DNA of 25,075 nucleotides, from positions 1-25,075 of the IMG/VR virus record IMGVR_UViG_3300035492_000019; one strand, given 5' to 3'. Each line of letters opens with the position of its first letter. The stretch's first letter is position 1. The notes beneath the pieces are model-generated. The model saw only the letters and a program-made list of their open reading frames with translations. It did not search any database and was not told where the DNA came from. The stretch is from a virus (lineage: Duplodnaviria; Caudoviricetes). Below are positions 1 through 6,532 of this stretch, in pieces. The position numbers and the translations under genes are program-made.

Positions 1-267
1 TCTTTTTATTCTTTCTTCAAGAATTTCCATTCTTCTTGATGTACTAATTTGGTATTCGTCTTGTGATTGAGCAAGACCGTTTACCCTCTTTTCTAGATAG
101 TTTGTCCAATTAAACATCTTATGGTTGAATTGCTTATCTAACTCAACTATTTGAGAATCAATCCTATAAAAATCTTTTTTATACCATCGTATCTCAATAA
201 TCAGAAGAAACATTAAAAGAGAGGCGATACAAATTAATAATATACAAACACCTCTCCATCTTTTCAT
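1..267 (-). CDS. Partial membrane-anchored coiled-coil protein after the lysis genes (runs off the window edge)
   Basis: Hand translation from ATG 267: MKRWRGVCILLICIASLLMFLLIIEIRWYKKDF...NYLEKRVNGLAQSQDEYQISTSRRMEILEERIKR, open to position 1. Has an N-terminal hydrophobic helix and abuts the stop of 268..576. Not in the ORF track. Confidence 0.75.
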   Translation of the reverse strand, partial: MKRWRGVCILLICIASLLMFLLIIEIRWYKKDFYRIDSQIVELDKQFNHKMFNWTNYLEKRVNGLAQSQDEYQISTSRRMEILEERIKR

Positions 268-576
268 TTACTTCCTCTTTAAATATTCATTTAGCATATC
301 CATCCTTTGGAGAATATCATTTTTTAATGCATCTTGCCTTGCAATAATATCACTTTTATTTGCATCGTTTTGAAGCCTTAGCTGTGTCATTTCTTCTTTA
401 AATTCTGCTTTAGATACTTTATCGTTATAAAGGAAAGCAACTTTATCTTCTAAAATATACACTCTCTGTTTCATATCAGTGTATATCATGGCCCCGATTC
501 CAAGGATTATCGCAATTGTTCCAGCAATAATTTTATCTTGTGTTTTTTCCCACCAAGTTTCAAAATTTGCTGTCAT
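268..576 (-). CDS. Single-TM coiled-coil protein in the lysis region (possible holin-related or accessory protein)
   Basis: 102 aa with one TM segment (IIAGTIAIILGIGAMIY) followed by a coiled coil; SD GGAG upstream; follows the spanins. Confidence 0.65.
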   Translation of the reverse strand: MTANFETWWEKTQDKIIAGTIAIILGIGAMIYTDMKQRVYILEDKVAFLYNDKVSKAEFKEEMTQLRLQNDANKSDIIARQDALKNDILQRMDMLNEYLKRK

Positions 577-850
577 TACTATCTCCTATAGAATTATTAT
601 ATTTACGAATGCTTTCTAAATTTCCTTCATATTGCCCAATACACGATGTATTTTTAATATACCCTTTAGCTAAAGATTCTAATGTTTCTCCTGCTCCAAC
701 TGGAATACAAGGGGATTGAACTAGTCCTTCAGGGATTTTCACAGGCCTGTCCACGTATTTCACTACAGTGTTTGTTGAGCAACCGGCTAAGACCACTAGG
801 GAGAGGAGAAGAGAGATTATTAACAGTGGGTATTTTTTCCTTTTTAACAT
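560..850 (-). CDS. Outer-membrane spanin (Rz1-like lipoprotein)
   Basis: Basic N-terminus, hydrophobic stretch and lipobox LAGC; periplasmic part with Pro and Cys; overlaps the 3' end of the i-spanin in another frame. Confidence 0.8.
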   Translation of the reverse strand: MLKRKKYPLLIISLLLSLVVLAGCSTNTVVKYVDRPVKIPEGLVQSPCIPVGAGETLESLAKGYIKNTSCIGQYEGNLESIRKYNNSIGDSNDSKF

Positions 851-1127
851 TTTCTAATTCTCCTAGTGTATTCTTTTCTTTCTCATTAATTTTATTTTTT
901 TCTTTCAATAAAAATTCAAGAGAAGTTTTTTCTGCTTCACATGTCTTTTTTATTGTTTCATTATTTTTCTTCAACAAAGAAATATCAGAGTTTAAATCTT
1001 TTATTGTTGATTCATTCTTTATTAATTGATTTTCTTTGCTCAATGAAGATACGTAATAATATCCTGTTGACAAAGAGAGGGAAATAATAATTCCTACAAA
1101 AATATAATTTAAATTAATTCCAAACAT
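729..1127 (-). CDS. Inner-membrane spanin (Rz-like)
   Basis: Likely start MFGINL at 1127 (track start 1184); N-terminal TM, long coiled coil and C-terminal cysteines; lies between holin and o-spanin. Confidence 0.75.
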   Translation of the reverse strand: MFGINLNYIFVGIIISLSLSTGYYYVSSLSKENQLIKNESTIKDLNSDISLLKKNNETIKKTCEAEKTSLEFLLKEKNKINEKEKNTLGELENVKKEKIPTVNNLSSPLPSGLSRLLNKHCSEIRGQACENP

Positions 1128-1128
1128 A

Positions 1129-1422
1129 TCATTCCCATTCACTTTCTTCATCAATTGCTTGGTTTGTAAAATAACCAAGAACACCTAAGACACCAAAGAT
1201 TATTCCACAAATCACCAAAGTGTTTAATAAAATTCCATCAGCAATTACACCAAGAACACTTAATCCAACAATACTAATTGTTGTTAAAAGATTTGCTATG
1301 TGACTTATAATAATCAGTTTTTTATTTCTTTTTTTCTTGACAATCTTTTGTTGGTTTGATAAATTCTTCATCTTTGGTCTTATCAGGAATAACAGCAATT
1401 TGAATAATTTCTTTGTAAACAT
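1129..1422 (-). CDS. Putative holin/pinholin
   Basis: Two hydrophobic helices, basic N-region and acidic C-tail; overlaps the endolysin 3' end; SD GAGGTGG before ATG 1422, second Met at 1371. Confidence 0.65.
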   Translation of the reverse strand: MFTKKLFKLLLFLIRPKMKNLSNQQKIVKKKRNKKLIIISHIANLLTTISIVGLSVLGVIADGILLNTLVICGIIFGVLGVLGYFTNQAIDEESEWE

Positions 1423-1954
1423 CTTCCACCTCTTTAGGAACTTCTCCTAAACACCATGCCTTTTCTTGTGCTCTTCTTTTCACAAGACCATTCAATTTTT
1501 TCTTTTGAGCATACACCCAACGTGATAGTTCATCACAAGCACCATCATGATCTTTATTATTCAATTTTCTCAATAGTGTACTATTAGATAGGTTTACAAC
1601 ACCAACATTATATGCAAAAGAAATTAAAGAGGCTTTTTCATAGTCGGAGATATAATCCACTTTAACAAGATCATCTACTTTTCTTTCAAATTCTTTTATT
1701 CTTGGAATAAACATTTGAATGCACTCTTGTTCTGTATATTCATCACCAACTTTAAAAGATTTTCCGTATAAATCTTTCCCTGTCAATCCCCAACATGCCG
1801 TTGGAATCCCTACTGCATCAGAATATACTACGTGTTTCTCATTGACAACCACTTGACCTTCGTTTGGAACTATGAGATAGGCACTTGAAAGAGCTAATGC
1901 AGAAGATAGACCGAGAGAAGCAAACCAAATAGACAGTTTTCTTTTATTCTGCAT
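1322..1954 (-). CDS. SAR endolysin, GH24 (T4/P21-like) lysozyme
   Basis: N-terminal Ser/Ala/Gly-rich weakly hydrophobic signal-anchor; catalytic E...D...T region (NEG...YSDAVGIPTACWG); ASLISFAYNVG, STLLRKLN and GLVKRRAQE motifs. Confidence 0.92.
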   Translation of the reverse strand: MQNKRKLSIWFASLGLSSALALSSAYLIVPNEGQVVVNEKHVVYSDAVGIPTACWGLTGKDLYGKSFKVGDEYTEQECIQMFIPRIKEFERKVDDLVKVDYISDYEKASLISFAYNVGVVNLSNSTLLRKLNNKDHDGACDELSRWVYAQKKKLNGLVKRRAQEKAWCLGEVPKEVEDVYKEIIQIAVIPDKTKDEEFIKPTKDCQEKKK

Positions 1955-1963
1955 TAGCCTTCC

Positions 1964-2602
1964 TTATTTTAATTTATTATATTTCTTAATTACAACACGA
2001 TAGGCAATAGGAGCACGATTCTTACGTTCATTTTCCCAAGGTGCTTTATATCCGAAGATAAGCTCAATAAACCATTGATTACCCAAGTGAATCTGGCGCT
2101 GATAAATAAACCCCACCTGACCATAGGCGTTTTTGAATTTCTTGTATGTGATGTTAGGTACGCCCTTGTCCCAAAGAACATCTTGATCGTGAATCACTTC
2201 GGTTGTCATGCCGGTTTGATCATATCCAAGATCGCGGCCCAGTTTGTAAGCCGCATTACGGTACATCCAAAACACGCGTACAAGATAGCGCACAAAGGGG
2301 CTGGCGAGGTATTGTGCCTCGGTCATATTGGCAAAGGGCTTCCAGCCAAAGAATGACAACTGCTGCGTTCGCCCCGAGTACCAATGTGCATCAGCACAAT
2401 CGTCAAATGTGCCTGCCCACTCAAACGGAAAGTCGATGTGCTCACGCAACTTGCCGGGAAACTGACTTGGATAGCCTGTCACACGGGACTCTTCCTGCCG
2501 ATAGTAGAATAGGCAGAAGAACCAGCCGAAAAGCCATGTAGAGATTAATCCAGCTAAGGCCACCGGGACTTTTAAAAACCATTTTGAGGTTGCGAGTATC
2601 AT
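1964..2602 (-). CDS. Hypothetical membrane-associated protein in the tail fibre region
   Basis: 212 aa, Trp/Tyr/Phe-rich with N-terminal TM and WMYRNAAY motif; GC 50-55% in two counted 60-nt lines, above the AT-rich flanks. Confidence 0.7.
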   Translation of the reverse strand: MILATSKWFLKVPVALAGLISTWLFGWFFCLFYYRQEESRVTGYPSQFPGKLREHIDFPFEWAGTFDDCADAHWYSGRTQQLSFFGWKPFANMTEAQYLASPFVRYLVRVFWMYRNAAYKLGRDLGYDQTGMTTEVIHDQDVLWDKGVPNITYKKFKNAYGQVGFIYQRQIHLGNQWFIELIFGYKAPWENERKNRAPIAYRVVIKKYNKLK

Positions 2603-2733
2603 GGTTTTTCAGGCCATACGATAGTTTCAGAAGCACCTACAATTTCAATAATTCCTTTCTGTGTTTCCGTTGCAGAAGGGACGAGGTTAGCTGTGTTAAT
2701 ATCTTGTCCTAAATAATTTCTTGTATTAGGCAT
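2599..2733 (-). pseudogene. 44-aa chimeric remnant: tail fibre-like N-terminus fused to a fibre chaperone-like C-terminus
   Basis: Hand translation MPNTRNYLGQDINTANLVPSATETQKGIIEIVGASETIVWPEKP*; SD AAAGGA; TGA overlaps the next ATG (ATGA). Confidence 0.6.
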
Positions 2734-2752
2734 ATTTTATTCCTTTACTATT

Positions 2753-3313
2753 TTAGACAGAAGCGTCTGGAGCAACAGGACGTTTTGTACTGTCTGGGAA
2801 ATCAGGAGATTCTGGCCATGCACGTAATTCCTTACGATATGTACGCCAATCACCTACAGCACCAGTAGCATTGGGGTCGCTGTCCTGCACTTTGTTCAAT
2901 TCAATGTCTGCACGAGATAGTTCTCCATCACGCCACACACGCTCTTGTTGTGCCTTATCTTGGAAAATCTCTTCTTCTGTTGGAGGAGGGAGTTCTTTAG
3001 AAAGCCACTCAGGGGTTTCCCCAATCCCGTTATATTTCTTTCCTTCTTTTTCTTCCCCAATTTCATATTTCTCTTTCCCGAAGTACAATTCATCTTTACG
3101 ATGATCTTCTTTTATCTCCCATTGCCCTGTTCCTTCTTTTCCAAAAGAACGGTCTGTTTGTCGTGATAAATCTGTAATCCAGACAGCAACAAACCCTTCT
3201 TGGATTTGAGGAGGGGAAACAAACACTGCACCAAATGGTGTGCTGTATGTCTCTTGTTGATATAAACAGATGTTATTCTCGTCTGTTTGATATGAAATAA
3301 TTTTTTCTTTCAT
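2753..3313 (-). CDS. Tail fibre assembly chaperone
   Basis: GQWEIKEDHR and C-terminal ERVWRDGELSRAD...WRTYRKELRAWPESPDFP..KRPVAP, typical of Tfa/tail-assembly chaperones; downstream of the fibre. Confidence 0.85.
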   Translation of the reverse strand: MKEKIISYQTDENNICLYQQETYSTPFGAVFVSPPQIQEGFVAVWITDLSRQTDRSFGKEGTGQWEIKEDHRKDELYFGKEKYEIGEEKEGKKYNGIGETPEWLSKELPPPTEEEIFQDKAQQERVWRDGELSRADIELNKVQDSDPNATGAVGDWRTYRKELRAWPESPDFPDSTKRPVAPDASV

Positions 3314-3328
3314 GTAATTCCTTTTAAA

Positions 3329-4324
3329 TTAAAAAGACGTAGATAATAGATGCCTATTTATCTTCCCAAACTGTTTACGTCCAATTTCGCTGTTTGCTAA
3401 TTTCATTGTCAAATGTTTAACATCGGGATGATAATATCTTAAAAGCATACGTGTGTCTGAATGCCCTGTAATTTTAGCTAATTCGTGCATTTCATATACG
3501 GTTGCTAAACGACTTGTTGCCTCATGCCTTAAATCATGAAAGCGTAAATTAACAAGAAAATCATTATTCGCTGGGATGTTTTGTTTATTGCATTCACCTA
3601 GATATAATTTTCTTGCTTTTCTTATAGCTCTTATGAAACTTCTTGTAATTGCACTTTCAGAGACATCAAATAAATTCCCTGCCCGATTATTTAATGCAAT
3701 ATATTGAATTAAAGTGTAAGAAGCCCAAGGGGATAGGGGGATTGTTCTTGATTTTCCATTCTTTGTTTTTGGAATTAATATACATCCCTCATCGAAATTA
3801 ATATGCTCTCTTCGTAAATTAATAATCTCGCTTCTCCGCATTGCTGTTTCCACAGCTAAATTTATTATTGTTGGAAGATGTTTAGAATTTGTATTACGAA
3901 TTATCCATGTTAATTCGTCTGTTGGAATTTCTTTTCCTGCAACAAATAGGTTGTCAATAATCCGTCTTTCCCTAGCATCTTGAACGATTGGTTTTCTTAA
4001 TGTTTTAGAAGGATCATCAATATACAACATTCCCCAATCTTTTCTAGCAATTGTGAATAGGTGGCTCATTATTGCCAATCTTCTCACCACGGTTGATCCA
4101 GAGATTTCCTTAAGCCATTCATCTCTATAGCGAACAAGATCATGTTGGGTGATTGTGGAAATAGGTCTATTTGCAAGGGTTGTTGAGCACCACACTTTAG
4201 TGAGATGCTTGTCCGTCCCATCCCCGCCACGTTTCTTACTGCTTACATCTTTAAGATACCTCTCCAATGCTTGTTTAAGTGTTGGAGATTGTTGTTTCAA
4301 TCTTTGATTGCGCTTTTCAAACAT
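3329..4324 (-). CDS. Tyrosine recombinase, shufflon Rci-like DNA invertase
   Basis: Complete catalytic set: R (ETAMRRSE), K (PKTKNG), HxxR (FHDLRHEATSRL), H (ITGHSD), Y (LLRYYH); adjacent to inverted sites flanking alternative fibre tips. Confidence 0.92.
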   Translation of the reverse strand: MFEKRNQRLKQQSPTLKQALERYLKDVSSKKRGGDGTDKHLTKVWCSTTLANRPISTITQHDLVRYRDEWLKEISGSTVVRRLAIMSHLFTIARKDWGMLYIDDPSKTLRKPIVQDARERRIIDNLFVAGKEIPTDELTWIIRNTNSKHLPTIINLAVETAMRRSEIINLRREHINFDEGCILIPKTKNGKSRTIPLSPWASYTLIQYIALNNRAGNLFDVSESAITRSFIRAIRKARKLYLGECNKQNIPANNDFLVNLRFHDLRHEATSRLATVYEMHELAKITGHSDTRMLLRYYHPDVKHLTMKLANSEIGRKQFGKINRHLLSTSF

Positions 4325-4353
4325 AACATTTCCTAAAATAGAACGTGTTATGA

Positions 4354-4383
4354 ATTCTACACGTAATCATCCCTTCAAGTCAA
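4354..4383 (-). promoter_or_regulatory. Putative sigma70-type promoter for the recombinase
   Basis: TTGACT (4383-4378), 18-nt spacer, TAGAAT (4359-4354), about 30 nt upstream of ATG 4324; SD AGGA; lies outside the invertible segment. Confidence 0.55.
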
Positions 4384-4398
4384 CAAGTGTTCCTTTCT

Positions 4399-4417
4399 CT
4401 GCAAATGCGAGGGTGCT
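4399..4417 (+). repeat. Left inversion (crossover) site
   Basis: CTGCAAATGCGAGGGTGCT, 15/19 identical to the inverted copy at 4883-4865, with the first 9 bp identical. Confidence 0.8.
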
Positions 4418-4607
4418 GGGGTCGACTCAACAGGACGAACTGCGTGAACACAGCCACCGGGTGGACTCAGACAATCAACGAGCATTGCAAGTGAATGGGC
4501 TTGGGCTTTCTGTGCCGGGAACGTCACTGTCAAGTTCTACCGGAAGCCATGGTGGATCCGAGACACGACCGGTCAACGGCGCATTCAATCCCTTCATAAA
4601 TTTATGA
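4401..4607 (+). CDS. Silent alternative tail fibre C-terminal cassette (68 aa, no start codon of its own)
   Basis: ANARVLGSTQQD...SETRPVNGAFNPFINL* aligns with the fibre tip ANERALGSMQLD...AETRGSNTAFLPVINL*; same frame relative to the CTGCAAATG site. Confidence 0.88.
   Translation, partial: ANARVLGSTQQDELREHSHRVDSDNQRALQVNGLGLSVPGTSLSSSTGSHGGSETRPVNGAFNPFINL
4594..4607. repeat. 14-bp perfect palindrome encoding I-N-L-stop on both strands
   Basis: TCATAAATTTATGA reads ATA AAT TTA TGA in both directions and ends both cassettes. Confidence 0.95.
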
Positions 4608-5727
4608 CAGGCAGAAAAGCGGTGTTAGATCCCCTGGTCTCCGCGGACGTGCGCGTGGTTAGCGCATTATCGAAGTCGGCCACGTCGCCCGACGAAGAGC
4701 TACCAGAATCGCGGGTAATGGAGTTGGAAGCGACCGACGACGAATATGAGACAGCGAATGCTCCCGTACCTGATTGCAGCGCACCAGTGCCAATGCCAGC
4801 GGCTCCGCTACGGAAATAAATGCTGCCCTGCACGCGCTGCTGCGCGTCTAATTGCATGGAGCCAAGGGCCCTTTCATTTGCAGTGTCAGCGTCAGTCCCG
4901 GTAAACCGCAAGAACTGGTTCCGCATATCGGGTGCTCTCCAATCACCGCCGCCAAGATCAGCAATTTTGTACTCACCAGCAACCCACGACCCAATTGGTG
5001 TTTCCAAACCACTTTCCCTGAATCTAGCAATAAGTCCACCATGGTCTACTTCATTGAGAACACCACCTATAGCTTCCACTTGCCAAGGAAGGGGTGTTGG
5101 TGTCCATCCAAACTCTAGTTTGCCCGAATTCAGAGAGCGATACCCTGTAAAATATGGAGTAGCCACCCACTCCCAGAAAGAGTTCATTTCTCTTACGTAA
5201 ATTGTCCCAACATTGGTTGTAGGGATATTATTAAATTCATAGATTCTGACAAAATCAGATGGATTTACAATCAGACCATCCACCTCTGTTTTTGAGTAAA
5301 CACCAATATTTGTTCTGAATACCGATGCGTCATCTATGTCTGCACCATTTGACAAAACTTTCAAATAAAGTGTATCGGATTGTTGGGGGTCTAAGAAAGC
5401 CAATGTCCAATATGTTTTTGAAACATCTGTTGTGGGGTCTTGTGTAGTTGTTGAAGGCCCACTAGCTGCAACACTTTTATAAATATTTCCATCAGAGCCT
5501 TGCACATAAGCTGCTGCTGCATCGTATGTCGTAAGAGCATCCCAAACAGGAACGCCCTTCTGATTGATGTGTGCCAACATCTGGTCTTGTCGATATTGAG
5601 CAAAGTTTTCCCACTGGTGCGGAGGAATCTCCGCAATCCATCCTTGTTGAATCTTAGAAGATGAGGGTGTAACTCTCGCCCCACCACTTGCCCAAAGATG
5701 TGTTAAATCTGGTTTTGAAATAGCCAT
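4594..5727 (-). CDS. Tail fibre protein with a variable C-terminus
   Basis: N-terminal baseplate-anchor WASGG...KIQQGW..EIPPHQWEN; collar-like RAPDMRNQFLR; GS.QLDA and ETR..N.A tip motifs; follows the baseplate wedge genes. Confidence 0.9.
   Translation of the reverse strand: MAISKPDLTHLWASGGARVTPSSSKIQQGWIAEIPPHQWENFAQYRQDQMLAHINQKGVPVWDALTTYDAAAAYVQGSDGNIYKSVAASGPSTTTQDPTTDVSKTYWTLAFLDPQQSDTLYLKVLSNGADIDDASVFRTNIGVYSKTEVDGLIVNPSDFVRIYEFNNIPTTNVGTIYVREMNSFWEWVATPYFTGYRSLNSGKLEFGWTPTPLPWQVEAIGGVLNEVDHGGLIARFRESGLETPIGSWVAGEYKIADLGGGDWRAPDMRNQFLRFTGTDADTANERALGSMQLDAQQRVQGSIYFRSGAAGIGTGALQSGTGAFAVSYSSSVASNSITRDSGSSSSGDVADFDNALTTRTSAETRGSNTAFLPVINL
4865..4883 (-). repeat. Right inversion (crossover) site inside the tail fibre CDS
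   Basis: Minus strand CTGCAAATGAAAGGGCCCT, encoding T-A-N-E-R-A-L. Confidence 0.8.
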
Positions 5728-5757
5728 TTAATTTCCTTTTTATTATATGACATTGTT

Positions 5758-6522
5758 TTATAATAGATAAGCGTATGTACCACCATCCACTCCTGTATCA
5801 TTAATTGGATCATAATCACCAAAACCACCTGCTCCTGCCACCCCGAGGTATGCAAATGGGAGTGTGGCATTAGATACCCCAAATCCATAATTAACGCCTA
5901 GGGCTTTAGGTACAAAATATGATCTGTAGCGGTCTTCTACAAAATAACGAAGTAATGCAAAACCAAAAGGCCCAATATCATCACTCACCATAATGAAAGG
6001 AGCATTTGCTTCCTCATCTGTTAAAATCTGAACGCGAGAGACACCAAATACAAATTGAATAAAATAAATAACTTGCTCCGGTGTTGGGTTTACAATGTTC
6101 TTTAGAATTTTTGCTTTAATGAATATTCTGTATTGTTCATCATTAAGAAGGATATTACCTGTTAATGATTTGTTAATATCCCAATAATATCCACCAACAC
6201 TATCATCTGTAAGACTCCCATAACTCTGAGCTTCGAATGCACCTTCATACCCAAAATAAGGAATAAATGAGCTATCAATCAATTCTCTTGGTTGTCCAAC
6301 AATATCACCAATAATATCCAACTGCTTACCAATCGCTGTATCAATACTGCGTTCTTGCATCAGTTGTCGTAACACTTCTTGCACTTCAATAGGAGAGCCA
6401 GAAAGAAGTTGCAGATATTTATCGAAGACAGGAGCATCTTCAAAAGCAAATGTCACTCTCTGACGTAAATCATCAAGATAATCTTTATTTTCAAAAGGAA
6501 TAACTTCTAATATTGCAGCCAT
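5758..6522 (-). CDS. Baseplate wedge subunit (DUF2612-like)
   Basis: IDTAIGKQLDIIGDIVGQPR and LNDEQYRIFIKAKI motifs; follows baseplate J; second ATG chosen for SD spacing. Confidence 0.8.
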   Translation of the reverse strand: MAAILEVIPFENKDYLDDLRQRVTFAFEDAPVFDKYLQLLSGSPIEVQEVLRQLMQERSIDTAIGKQLDIIGDIVGQPRELIDSSFIPYFGYEGAFEAQSYGSLTDDSVGGYYWDINKSLTGNILLNDEQYRIFIKAKILKNIVNPTPEQVIYFIQFVFGVSRVQILTDEEANAPFIMVSDDIGPFGFALLRYFVEDRYRSYFVPKALGVNYGFGVSNATLPFAYLGVAGAGGFGDYDPINDTGVDGGTYAYLL

Positions 6523-6532
6523 CATTCCTCCA

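Larger units (their letters stand above)
4399..4883. mobile_element. Invertible segment (about 485 bp) carrying two tail fibre tips
   Basis: Bounded by inverted CTGCAAATG repeats; two convergent homologous cassettes; recombinase gene adjacent. Confidence 0.85.

Noticed and set aside
3329-4324. Recombinase as a lysogeny integrase
   Set aside because: It sits in the tail operon beside inverted sites and an alternative fibre tip; no repressor, excisionase or att-like context is visible in this window, though the rest of the genome cannot be seen
4308-4400. N-terminal part of the track ORF 4308..4607 as an independent 99-aa gene
   Set aside because: TTG start lies antisense within the recombinase with no SD; homology to the fibre begins only at the inversion site
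4787-4850. GTGCCAATG as a third crossover site inside the expressed tip
   Set aside because: Two mismatches in the proposed spacer and no AGGG arm; the frame stops after about 20 codons with no fibre-tip motif
4401-4883. Diversity-generating retroelement template/variable repeat pair
   Set aside because: No reverse transcriptase in the window; the copies are inverted, differ in length and do not differ specifically at adenines
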